A stretch of DNA of 58,453 bases from Macrostomum lignano (GCA_002269645.1 NIVC01002630.1:1-58453); one strand, 5' to 3'; shown: positions 38,144 to 52,800, numbered from the stretch's first letter. Notes: a model not told the origin generated them from the sequence alone. Translations and numbers: made by a program.

Positions 38144-39198
38144 TGTAAACAAACCATAACAATTAGGTAGAAGCAAACGGTAAAGTAATTTGCGCGCTAT
38201 TCTAAAAACAAAACAAAGGGTCATTAGTTCCATAGTTCCATAGATGTAGTTCCATAGAAACCTTCTCTCGAATTGAGACTTCACCATTCTCCCCAACACG
38301 TCTAACACAGACTTTAGAGGAGCTCGTTTCCACACTAGAGTGAACAAGTCTCACCTTCTCCTGAAATTTAGTCTATGGCTCAACTCTCTACCTATTAGCG
38401 CATCGGAAACAGGCTTGACCATAGACAGAATCTGCTCAACTCCAACATCCAGCCTATCTATCTCTGACATTGAGCCTGAAAATTTCCACACTGTTGCCAG
38501 GAATTTTCTTTATCCAGCTGATTTATACGAAAATCGAGTGTGGTGTCCAACTCTACTTCTGATGTCCGTGATGTGTGCACACTCGCTTTGATCTTTGAGA
38601 GAAAAGCTTGGCTGTTCCATGCTACAATTGCTACAAAAAGCAATTTCATTAAAGCATTATTCTTTTTTAAACAATTTCTGAGTGTCTGTGATTAGCGCAA
38701 CTCACTACTTATAGTAGGAAAATGAATGGAGAAAACAGACAGATGTGAATATATTTTTAACCCAGCCGATTTTCCTGTAATATTCTTTTGAAAGCTATTT
38801 TTACTTTGCTTGTGACAGGGCATGGCAAGGGAAAAACGGACGATTTAAAAAGAAGTGCATGCCCGAAATTTTGGGCCCACCGCATGCATGTCCCACAGGG
38901 TAACGCGGCACCGCAAAAACTCTTTTTTTCTTTGCAAGTCCTTCCGACTACTAGCGGCTCATGAGCAGAGCTTTTTGTTTGCTTTATTTTAAACCGACTT
39001 TTTTATTGAGAATCTTCTCTAGAGTTTGATTCAAGTTTTTATTGGTTATTCTAACACTCTATGGATACTTTTTCAAGTCAGGAAAACCGAAGGCATTCGA
39101 AACCCTTCAGCGTGAATGTTGCTGTTTGAATTGTGGTAGAGTTGCTCGCTTAATTAATAGCAAATAAATAAAGCTTAAGATCAACATTTATGGCGAAA

Positions 39199-39236
39199 AC
39201 CAACGCGTTTCAACCCACTAGGGCCGTCGTCAGGGT
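39199..39236 (-). ncRNA. Minimal type I hammerhead ribozyme motif (3' pLTR, left arm)
   Basis: ACC-CUGACGA-C-GGCCC-UAGU-GGGUU-GAAAC-GC-GUU-GGU on the minus strand. Confidence 0.7.
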
Positions 39237-39452
39237 ATATTTTATCACTGAACGAAACACTCAATATAAATAAGCAAACGATTGTACTATCTCAAGTGTC
39301 AAATTGAAAACGGGAGGGTAACCAATGTACGAAAAACATAAAAAACTAGGGGTTGGAGTTAAGCGAGAATAATGAGAGAGAGAGAGAGAGAGAGAGAAGG
39401 CAAACAGATGTAAAAAAAAACAAAATGTACGCGCAACAAAAAATAGTCAAAC

Positions 39453-41924
39453 TCAAAACACCCTAAGAAGGTGGCCCGCACCACTATGTAGCAATTGCAC
39501 ATTGAGACTGGGATTTTGAGCTTTGATGTGCAGCGCTTCAAGAATGCTAAGCTTGAATTCAGAGTTAGCACGGTCGATAATTTTAAACAATTCAATCTGT
39601 TCTCTGTCACAGCAGCCCTTGCATTCCAGAAGGTGGTCCTGGATAGCAGATTTTTTCAGCCAATGCTCCCTAACTCTGGTGTGCAGGTGTCTTTTGGTTT
39701 TTCCCACGTAAGAGATATTCTGATCTTCAGAACAACAAAATTTATAGACGACACCTGCAACCAGAGCACGAGGAACACGGGACTTGAGATTGCTGACAAA
39801 TTGACCCACCTTGGCAGTGCGAAAGACAATCCTAATCGGAGTGTTGTACCATTTCCGAAAAGATCTCTCAAGCTTCTTTTTCAACAAGATAGACGGGATA
39901 CCATAGAACGGCAAGATCATCACGGGGTCATCCGGCTTTTTACTATGATTCTGTTGCAGTCTGCCAGTAACCTTATCAGTGACAAACTTGAAAATCAACC
40001 GACTAATGAGATTTTTTGGGTATCCGTTCATACTGAAAATCCTAGTCAAATTTTTCACCTCCTCATCAAACGCAGCCCAGGAACTACACAGAGAGTAAGC
40101 TCTGTGCAGCATACAATGGATCAGGCCAATATTCCACTGTTTCGGACAGAGGGCATTGAAATTCAACAGTAAACCAGTAAACGTGGGCTTGCGATAAACC
40201 CGAGTAGAGACTTGGCCACTGCTCAGATCAACCTCAACATCGAGAAACGGAAGTTTTTTACCTCCCATCTCAACGGTGAATTGGATGTTGCTGTGGGTTG
40301 AATTCAGAGCCCGAAAAAACTCTTGGTACTTAGCCCGGTCATCAAAAATGACAAAAGTGTCATCAACATAGCGCTTGTAGAAAGTTGGCGCACACTCAAG
40401 CGACATCCACTCCGTTTCCCAGTGCGCCATGCAAACATTGGCCAGAGTAGGAGCAAGCGGGCTTCCCATGGCACAACCATCAATCTGGCGATAATATTTG
40501 TCATCAAACATGAAGATGCCAGAGGTAGCGAAGCCTAACAACTTTTTGAACACAGTCTTTGGTAACCCAGGCGGATTCATATTGTACACATGATCAGTGG
40601 CGAGATCAATAGCCAGCTTCAAAGGGACATTGGTAAAAAGCGAAGTCACGTCAAAACTGCAGAGAAAATCCTCACTTTTCGGACTGATTTGACTCAAGGC
40701 TTGAATGAACTGGCAATTAGAGTTGACGGAGAATTCCTTTGGTATGCATGGTTTGATCAGAGAATCCAAGTATCTGGCCAGTTCATACTCAGCAGTGTTA
40801 ATCATAGACACAATCGGTCTCAGCGGTTTGTCAGGTTTGTGAGCTTTGCAAAGGCCGTACAGCTGGCCAGGTTGGCTGCCATTCGGCATAATGCGCTTAA
40901 TAATCTCATTGCTAAGATGCTGCTTGGCATGGGTCCTCAAAAAAGTCTGAAGAGATCTCTCAGCCTTGAGAACAGGATGAGCCATAGTGACCTCACTCAC
41001 AGTTCCAAGACATTGAAATTTAGCCTGATCCTGCACAATGCAATTAAGCTTATTCTTGTAGTCATCACTATCCATGATAGCAACGCCGTAGCCTTTGTCA
41101 TAGCCAACAACCTTGATATTGTCATTCCCTTTAAGCTGCTTCAGCGTCTGATGAAAAAGCCTGTTCTGCTTACTAGAAATGCTGTTCTGAGCCCTAGACA
41201 CAAACTGGTCAAAATCAACAATCAAACGATTCCTAAAATTGTCATGCAAGCGGTGCGGGCCCCCATCCTGAGTACAAGAACGAGGAGTGCACTTACTAAC
41301 CAAGGTCTCAAACTCAGCAGCAATGTGAAGTTTGTTCAGTTTAGCCGGAAGAATCGGGTGTCTAAGTCCACGTTGCAGGCAGTGCTGTTCCTTGATCGTT
41401 AGCTGATGTCTTGACAAGTTGGTGATAGAATTGGGAGCCTGAAGCTTGACTTGCTTCTCAAACCAGAGTTTTTTCAGTTTTGCCTCCGTTCTTGTTTTGT
41501 CTACACTGATCCGTTGCTTAGCTGCCACAGAAACCAGGTGTCCTAGCACTGCGTAGGTTATGATGCCTAGCCTGGACTTCAGTTGCTGCTTAATGCCATG
41601 AACCTTTGATTGCAACGTCCGAAATCTCTTACGGTTGAACTGAAGTTGCTTGCGGACCAACAAACCATGAACATCAGAAACATCATCAAATAGGTGCGTG
41701 TCGGGTGTCTTGAACCTTGTGAACCGAGGAGAGAGCTCAAGTTCAACGCATTGTTCCAGGAAGATCCGATCGAGAGAGCATTTGAATAGCGAGTACGTAA
41801 TCCGCTCAAACTTGCGAAGATACGGGACGGTCACATCTTTATAGCGACAGTTGACTTCAAAGTAGAATTGTGGTAGAGTTGCTCGCTTAATTAATAGCAA
41901 ATAAATAAAGCTTAAGATCAACAT
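39453..41924 (-). CDS. Penelope-like element polyprotein: RT + thumb + GIY-YIG endonuclease, 823 aa
   Basis: Motifs YGLCKAHKPDKPLRPIVS, SFDVTSLFTNVP, QIDGCAMGSPLAP, RYVDDTF, LPFLDV, VYRKPT, VVYKFCC..SYVGKTKRHLHTRVREH, LEALHI..PSLN. Uninterrupted. The endonuclease style resembles the Naiad clade (inference). Confidence 0.96.
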   Translation of the reverse strand: MLILSFIYLLLIKRATLPQFYFEVNCRYKDVTVPYLRKFERITYSLFKCSLDRIFLEQCVELELSPRFTRFKTPDTHLFDDVSDVHGLLVRKQLQFNRKRFRTLQSKVHGIKQQLKSRLGIITYAVLGHLVSVAAKQRISVDKTRTEAKLKKLWFEKQVKLQAPNSITNLSRHQLTIKEQHCLQRGLRHPILPAKLNKLHIAAEFETLVSKCTPRSCTQDGGPHRLHDNFRNRLIVDFDQFVSRAQNSISSKQNRLFHQTLKQLKGNDNIKVVGYDKGYGVAIMDSDDYKNKLNCIVQDQAKFQCLGTVSEVTMAHPVLKAERSLQTFLRTHAKQHLSNEIIKRIMPNGSQPGQLYGLCKAHKPDKPLRPIVSMINTAEYELARYLDSLIKPCIPKEFSVNSNCQFIQALSQISPKSEDFLCSFDVTSLFTNVPLKLAIDLATDHVYNMNPPGLPKTVFKKLLGFATSGIFMFDDKYYRQIDGCAMGSPLAPTLANVCMAHWETEWMSLECAPTFYKRYVDDTFVIFDDRAKYQEFFRALNSTHSNIQFTVEMGGKKLPFLDVEVDLSSGQVSTRVYRKPTFTGLLLNFNALCPKQWNIGLIHCMLHRAYSLCSSWAAFDEEVKNLTRIFSMNGYPKNLISRLIFKFVTDKVTGRLQQNHSKKPDDPVMILPFYGIPSILLKKKLERSFRKWYNTPIRIVFRTAKVGQFVSNLKSRVPRALVAGVVYKFCCSEDQNISYVGKTKRHLHTRVREHWLKKSAIQDHLLECKGCCDREQIELFKIIDRANSEFKLSILEALHIKAQNPSLNVQLLHSGAGHLLRVF

Positions 41925-41935
41925 TTATGGCGAAA

Positions 41936-41973
41936 ACCAACGCGTTTCAACCCACTAGGGCCGTCGTCAGGGT
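41936..41973 (-). ncRNA. Minimal type I hammerhead ribozyme motif (5' pLTR, left arm)
   Basis: Same motif, just upstream of the ORF ATG at 41924. Confidence 0.7.
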
Positions 41974-42758
41974 ATATTTTATCACTGAACGAAACACTCA
42001 ATATAAATAAGCAAACGATTGTACTATCTCAAGTGTCAAATTGAAAACGGGAGGGTAACCAATGTACGAAAAACATAAAAAACTAGGGGTTGGAGTTAAG
42101 CGAGAATAATGAGAGAGAGAGAGAGAGAGAGAGAAGGCAAACAGATGTAAAAAAAAAACAAAATGTACGCGCAACAAAAAATAGTCAAACTCAAAACACC
42201 CTAAGAAGGTGGCCCGCACCACTATGTAGCAATTGCACATTGAGACTGGGATTTTGAGCTTTGATGTGCAGCGCTTCAAGAATGCTAAGCTTGAATTCAG
42301 AGTTAGCACGGTCGATAATTTTAAACATATTTTGAGCTTTGATGTGCAGCGCTTCAAGAATGCTAAGCTTGAATTCAGAGTTACAGATTTAGAGAACAGA
42401 TTGAATTGTTTAAAATTATCGACCGTGCTAACTCTGAATTCAAGCTTAGCATTCTTGAAGCGCTGCACATCAAAGCTCAAAATCCCAGTCTCAATGTGCA
42501 ATTGCTACATAGTGGTGCGGGCCACCTTCTTAGGGTGTTTTGAGTTTGACTATTTTTTGTTGCGCGTACATTTTGTTTTTTTTTACATCTGTTTGCCTTC
42601 TCTCTCTCTCTCTCTCTCTCTCATTATTCTCGCTTAACTCCAACCCTAGTTTTTTATGTTTTTCGTACATTGGTTACCCTCCCGTTTTCAATTTGACACT
42701 TGAGATAGTACAATCGTTTGCTTATTTATATTGAGTGTTTCGTTCAGTGATAAAATAT

Positions 42759-42796
42759 ACCCTGACGACGGCCCTAGTGGGTTGAAACGCGTTGGT
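42759..42796 (+). ncRNA. Minimal type I hammerhead ribozyme motif (5' pLTR, right arm)
   Basis: CTGACGA 42762-42768, stem II GGCCC/GGGTT, GAAAC 42784-42788, GTT triplet 42791-42793, stem I ACC/GGT. Confidence 0.7.
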
Positions 42797-42807
42797 TTTC
42801 GCCATAA

Positions 42808-45279
42808 ATGTTGATCTTAAGCTTTATTTATTTGCTATTAATTAAGCGAGCAACTCTACCACAATTCTACTTTGAAGTCAACTGTCGCTATAAAGATGTG
42901 ACCGTCCCGTATCTTCGCAAGTTTGAGCGGATTACGTACTCGCTATTCAAATGCTCTCTCGATCGGATCTTCCTGGAACAATGCGTTGAACTTGAGCTCT
43001 CTCCTCGGTTCACAAGGTTCAAGACACCCGACACGCACCTATTTGATGATGTTTCTGATGTTCATGGTTTGTTGGTCCGCAAGCAACTTCAGTTCAACCG
43101 TAAGAGATTTCGGACGTTGCAATCAAAGGTTCATGGCATTAAGCAGCAACTGAAGTCCAGGCTAGGCATCATAACCTACGCAGTGCTAGGACACCTGGTT
43201 TCTGTGGCAGCTAAGCAACGGATCAGTGTAGACAAAACAAGAACGGAGGCAAAACTGAAAAAACTCTGGTTTGAGAAGCAAGTCAAGCTTCAGGCTCCCA
43301 ATTCTATCACCAACTTGTCAAGACATCAGCTAACGATCAAGGAACAGCACTGCCTGCAACGTGGACTTAGACACCCGATTCTTCCGGCTAAACTGAACAA
43401 ACTTCACATTGCTGCTGAGTTTGAGACCTTGGTTAGTAAGTGCACTCCTCGTTCTTGTACTCAGGATGGGGGCCCGCACCGCTTGCATGACAATTTTAGG
43501 AATCGTTTGATTGTTGATTTTGACCAGTTTGTGTCTAGGGCTCAGAACAGCATTTCTAGTAAGCAGAACAGGCTTTTTCATCAGACGCTGAAGCAGCTTA
43601 AAGGGAATGACAATATCAAGGTTGTTGGCTATGACAAAGGCTACGGCGTTGCTATCATGGATAGTGATGACTACAAGAATAAGCTTAATTGCATTGTGCA
43701 GGATCAGGCTAAATTTCAATGTCTTGGAACTGTGAGTGAGGTCACTATGGCTCATCCTGTTCTCAAGGCTGAGAGATCTCTTCAGACTTTTTTGAGGACC
43801 CATGCCAAGCAGCATCTTAGCAATGAGATTATTAAGCGCATTATGCCGAATGGCAGCCAACCTGGCCAGCTGTACGGCCTTTGCAAAGCTCACAAACCTG
43901 ACAAACCGCTGAGACCGATTGTGTCTATGATTAACACTGCTGAGTATGAACTGGCCAGATACTTGGATTCTCTGATCAAACCATGCATACCAAAGGAATT
44001 CTCCGTCAACTCTAATTGCCAGTTCATTCAAGCCTTGAGTCAAATCAGTCCGAAAAGTGAGGATTTTCTCTGCAGTTTTGACGTGACTTCGCTTTTTACC
44101 AATGTCCCTTTGAAGCTGGCTATTGATCTCGCCACTGATCATGTGTACAATATGAATCCGCCTGGGTTACCAAAGACTGTGTTCAAAAAGTTGTTAGGCT
44201 TCGCTACCTCTGGCATCTTCATGTTTGATGACAAATATTATCGCCAGATTGATGGTTGTGCCATGGGAAGCCCGCTTGCTCCTACTCTGGCCAATGTTTG
44301 CATGGCGCACTGGGAAACGGAGTGGATGTCGCTTGAGTGTGCGCCAACTTTCTACAAGCGCTATGTTGATGACACTTTTGTCATTTTTGATGACCGGGCT
44401 AAGTACCAAGAGTTTTTTCGGGCTCTGAATTCAACCCACAGCAACATCCAATTCACCGTTGAGATGGGAGGTAAAAAACTTCCGTTTCTCGATGTTGAGG
44501 TTGATCTGAGCAGTGGCCAAGTCTCTACTCGGGTTTATCGCAAGCCCACGTTTACTGGTTTACTGTTGAATTTCAATGCCCTCTGTCCGAAACAGTGGAA
44601 TATTGGCCTGATCCATTGTATGCTGCACAGAGCTTACTCTCTGTGTAGTTCCTGGGCTGCGTTTGATGAGGAGGTGAAAAATTTGACTAGGATTTTCAGT
44701 ATGAACGGATACCCAAAAAATCTCATTAGTCGGTTGATTTTCAAGTTTGTCACTGATAAGGTTACTGGCAGACTGCAACAGAATCATAGTAAAAAGCCGG
44801 ATGACCCCGTGATGATCTTGCCGTTCTATGGTATCCCGTCTATCTTGTTGAAAAAGAAGCTTGAGAGATCTTTTCGGAAATGGTACAACACTCCGATTAG
44901 GATTGTCTTTCGCACTGCCAAGGTGGGTCAATTTGTCAGCAATCTCAAGTCCCGTGTTCCTCGTGCTCTGGTTGCAGGTGTCGTCTATAAATTTTGTTGT
45001 TCTGAAGATCAGAATATCTCTTACGTGGGAAAAACCAAAAGACACCTGCACACCAGAGTTAGGGAGCATTGGCTGAAAAAATCTGCTATCCAGGACCACC
45101 TTCTGGAATGCAAGGGCTGCTGTGACAGAGAACAGATTGAATTGTTTAAAATTATCGACCGTGCTAACTCTGAATTCAAGCTTAGCATTCTTGAAGCGCT
45201 GCACATCAAAGCTCAAAATCCCAGTCTCAATGTGCAATTGCTACATAGTGGTGCGGGCCACCTTCTTAGGGTGTTTTGA
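42808..45279 (+). CDS. Penelope-like element polyprotein: RT + thumb + GIY-YIG endonuclease, 823 aa
   Basis: Translation identical to the 39453-41924 copy in the supplied ORF track; same motifs. Confidence 0.96.
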   Translation: MLILSFIYLLLIKRATLPQFYFEVNCRYKDVTVPYLRKFERITYSLFKCSLDRIFLEQCVELELSPRFTRFKTPDTHLFDDVSDVHGLLVRKQLQFNRKRFRTLQSKVHGIKQQLKSRLGIITYAVLGHLVSVAAKQRISVDKTRTEAKLKKLWFEKQVKLQAPNSITNLSRHQLTIKEQHCLQRGLRHPILPAKLNKLHIAAEFETLVSKCTPRSCTQDGGPHRLHDNFRNRLIVDFDQFVSRAQNSISSKQNRLFHQTLKQLKGNDNIKVVGYDKGYGVAIMDSDDYKNKLNCIVQDQAKFQCLGTVSEVTMAHPVLKAERSLQTFLRTHAKQHLSNEIIKRIMPNGSQPGQLYGLCKAHKPDKPLRPIVSMINTAEYELARYLDSLIKPCIPKEFSVNSNCQFIQALSQISPKSEDFLCSFDVTSLFTNVPLKLAIDLATDHVYNMNPPGLPKTVFKKLLGFATSGIFMFDDKYYRQIDGCAMGSPLAPTLANVCMAHWETEWMSLECAPTFYKRYVDDTFVIFDDRAKYQEFFRALNSTHSNIQFTVEMGGKKLPFLDVEVDLSSGQVSTRVYRKPTFTGLLLNFNALCPKQWNIGLIHCMLHRAYSLCSSWAAFDEEVKNLTRIFSMNGYPKNLISRLIFKFVTDKVTGRLQQNHSKKPDDPVMILPFYGIPSILLKKKLERSFRKWYNTPIRIVFRTAKVGQFVSNLKSRVPRALVAGVVYKFCCSEDQNISYVGKTKRHLHTRVREHWLKKSAIQDHLLECKGCCDREQIELFKIIDRANSEFKLSILEALHIKAQNPSLNVQLLHSGAGHLLRVF

Positions 45280-45496
45280 GTTTGACTATTTTTTGTTGCG
45301 CGTACATTTTGTTTTTTTTTTACATCTGTTTGCCTTCTCTCTCTCTCTCTCTCTCTCTCATTATTCTCGCTTAACTCCAACCCCTAGTTTTTTATGTTTT
45401 TCGTACATTGGTTACCCTCCCGTTTTCAATTTGACACTTGAGATAGTACAATCGTTTGCTTATTTATATTGAGTGTTTCGTTCAGTGATAAAATAT

Positions 45497-45534
45497 ACCC
45501 TGACGACGGCCCTAGTGGGTTGAAACGCGTTGGT
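45497..45534 (+). ncRNA. Minimal type I hammerhead ribozyme motif (3' pLTR, right arm)
   Basis: CTGACGA 45500-45506, GAAAC 45522-45526, GTT 45529-45531. Confidence 0.7.
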
Positions 45535-46883
45535 TTTCGCCATAAATGTTGATCTTAAGCTTTATTTAGTTGCTGTTTGATGTTAAAAGCAGCCTGATTT
45601 CCTGCCTTAGGTGCAGTGGAGTAGAATTTCATTCATTTGCACGTCACCCAGCTGTCAACCCGTTCGAACAATTCATGCAGGAATTTCGTTCGAGCAGAGT
45701 TTTCAATTTTTTTCAGCTAATTTTTAGAGCTTGAGATTCGATCTTGACCAGGAGGAACTGCGGTGGCGAATCAATCAACACAGAAGCTGGCATGTCCTGA
45801 CCGCTCTAAATGGCTGTCTGGCCCACCACTCTGTTCTCAATAAAGCCAGCTCAAACTGAGCCGTGTTAAAGTGACCTCGCTTGGCTGAGCGCCCGGGCCC
45901 ACCTCCTACTGCTTGTGAAGAAATGCCCCCCCCCAACCTCCAAAAAACAACCCCCATCCCCCCGGCGACTTCCCCGCTGATTCTGTCGCGCTTCCTTCTT
46001 CGTCTTCTTCATTCTATTCTTTACTTACATGACGGCGGCGGTGGCAGCGGTGACGGCGGCAGCAGCAGCTTGCTGATGGGGGGGGGGGTCGCCCAGGCGC
46101 GTCGCAGGGACGGCTCAGACCTACCGAGGCGCCGGAAGTGGCGCTTTTCATGCGCGCACAGAGGCCGACGAGGTCGGCGGGGTCCCTCCCGGTGAGCCGT
46201 CGCCTCTGGGGTGGGGCGCTTGTCAGTGGCTGGCAGTCTGGCTGTGCGTGTGTGTGTGTGTGTCACTGCCGCCCCCACACCAGCTTGAAGACTGCAGGTG
46301 CCCCAAAGGAAGAGGAGAGACAGATTTCCAGAGCTGTGTGCGCAGGGTGCGCCTTGGTGCTAGCAGTTGTAGGAGCAAACAGGGCCAGCTGCCGCGTGAT
46401 GCAGCTGGGGGGGGGGGGTACAGAGGGAAATTGCAGGGGAAGTTGACCTCGCCCGACTGGCAAGGAAGAAGAAAGAGGCAAGCTTGAAAGAGTCCGGGGG
46501 GTTGAGCATTGTGCCCGTGTCGAGACCCCTGTCGCCCCTCGCTGCGCTGGAAAATGTTGAAATAACCGACGAGATTTTCAGCAGCGCAAATTTACCGTGC
46601 ATGTCGTTTTTGGGGGTAAAGAGGGAGAGCAGGCGCGGGCCAGAGATAGAAGCACTTCCATTGGACAGCCCTGTCATGCACTGAGTCCGCAGTTCGCGTC
46701 CATTCAGCTTGGCTGTAAGAATTTTCTCACTAGCTACCTATATAGTTTGACTTCTCTTCCATCAATTTCATCCATTATTCTGATTCTCGGCCAAATCTGC
46801 TAGTATATAAACTGGCTGGGAACTCGGTTTGACTTCAGTCCTCCTGCCAGGCCACTCAGTCACTTTCCTCGCAGCTGTTTGGC

Positions 46884-51026
<4,143 letters not shown>

Positions 51027-51487
51027 ACTAAAGAAAGCTCAGTCGCGTAAGTTTTATAGCTTGATTGACTCAATGTTTGACTTCACCAATAAACAAAGCT
51101 TCAGAATAGTCAATGTTTTCATTCGTTTGAAAAGCCTATGCAAAAATCTATATTTAGCCAATCAATCTAAACAGTTTTTGCTTTATTTCTACTGATAGAA
51201 TCCTGTCAGTTAACTAAATGTAATATAAATTCTTTGTTACATTTAGTTTTACTTTTTACCTTGTTGGTTCATGTGGCTTTGTAAATTTTTCTCATTGCAA
51301 TATTAGGGCATCTTATGATGACGTTCGTAACTTATAGAACAGTTTTGACTCATGACTCCAACTCATCCTGCAAAAAATCGATTATTGGATAAAGACATTC
51401 TTGCGATTTTTCATTAGATGATATGCACTCTTGGACTCGTAGTTTGCTTGCGTTCAGCCCACTTCTAATAGTCTGTAACAGTTCATA

Positions 51488-51750
51488 AAACTGCAGTAGT
51501 TTGTGCATCAAAACTGCAGTAGTTTGTGTATCAAAACTGCAGTAGTTTGTGTATCAAAACTGCAGTAGTTTGTGCATCAAAACTGCAGTAGTTTGTGCAT
51601 CAAAACTGCAGTAGTTTGTGTATCAAAACTGCAGTAGTTTATGCATCAAAACTGCAGTAGTTTGTGTATCAAAACTGCAGTAGTTTGTGTATCAAAACTG
51701 CAGTAGTTTATGCATCAAAACTGCAGTGGTTTGTGCATCAAAACTGCAGT
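51488..51750. repeat. 23-bp tandem repeat (CAAAACTGCAGTAGTTTGTGYAT) with an internal inverted repeat
   Basis: About 11 units between the convergent BAMBI and MICAL-like 3' ends. Confidence 0.94.
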
Positions 51751-52393
51751 TAGCTAAAATCTTACTAAACCAAGACCCAAAAGAAGTTACGCTTGAGGTT
51801 TCATACTTCCACAAAATAATACTCATGGAAAAAATTCATATAGATGTTTCTGCCTATTCTATATTGTTAAGAACCTCTCTGCTTTCGTTGCTCAAAAAAA
51901 TAATATTTTCGATTATTAAATCAACTGGAGAACTCATCCAGCTTGTACATGAGTTTCTATTTTGTTTAAACTTGAACGTTTGGATTAGAAATTTTCGAAA
52001 TTTTTAAATAATAAGACCAATGTTTAGTCAACACTGGCTGTTACGTATAAAATAGAGCTTCATATTTTGAAGTGCAGTTTAATTTCTTTCTGAATATTTT
52101 TTCTCATTTGCTAATGTTGTGCCTATTTCATATTTTCGTTAAAAAATTATAAAACGCTTCAACATATGCACAGTTATCAAATTTTATTTGATCAGAAACA
52201 GGATTTTAATGAGTTGCAATGTTTTTTACATTTTTATTGGCAAGAATCTGGTTTATTTCACATATTTTTACAGTAGGTATTTGCAGCTAATAGAATTTCA
52301 AAGAAAATACACTTGATTTCATCATGTCTCGATAGGGTGAAAGAGTGCACGCTAGTGAGCGAGTGAATTCATTTAATGAGTTCAAAAGTTGAT

Positions 52394-52800
52394 GAGTTCA
52401 CGAGTTCACGAGTTCACGAGTTCACGAGTTCACGAGTTCACGAGTTCATGAGTTCACGAGTTCACGAGTTCACGAGTTCACGAGTTCACGAGTTCACGAG
52501 TTCATGAGTTCACGAGTTCACGAGTTCTTGAGTTCACGAGTTCACGAGTTCACGAGTTCTTGAGTTCACGAGTTCACGAGTTCATGAGTTCACGAGTTCA
52601 CGAGTTCACGAGTTCACGAGTTCATGAGTTCACGAGTTCACGAGTTCTTGAGTTCACGAGTTCACGAGTTCACGAGTTCTTGAGTTCACGAGTCCATGAG
52701 TTCACGAGTTCACGAGTTCACGAGTTCATGAGTTCACGAGTTCACGAGTTCACGAGTTCACGAGTTCATGAGTTCACAAGTTTATGAGCTCATGAGTTCG
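52394..52800. repeat. 8-bp tandem repeat (GAGTTCAC)n
   Basis: Read directly; variants GAGTTCAT and GAGTTCTT. Confidence 0.96.

Larger units (their letters stand above)
39130..42327 (-). mobile_element. Penelope-like retroelement, left arm (pLTR-ORF-pLTR-tail)
   Basis: Reverse complement of the right arm. Direct repeats of about 0.45 kb at 2737-bp spacing. 3' tail extends 58-60 nt into the ORF start. Confidence 0.95.
42391..45568 (+). mobile_element. Penelope-like retroelement, right arm (pLTR-ORF-pLTR-tail)
   Basis: Direct repeats 42391-42830 and 45129-45568 at 2738-bp spacing. Followed by the TSD copy GTTGCTGTTTGA (45569-45580), identical to 39118-39129. Confidence 0.95.

Noticed and set aside
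39495-41402. Antisense ORFs of 225 and 270 aa within the Penelope ORFs (also 43330-45237)
   Set aside because: Opposite-strand shadows with no recognisable motifs. Their duplication only reflects arm identity.
39130-45568. Palindrome as an assembly or hairpin-adapter artefact
   Set aside because: Different unique flanks with a direct 12-bp TSD, unequal tails and a complex junction argue against it. Read-level confirmation is still needed.
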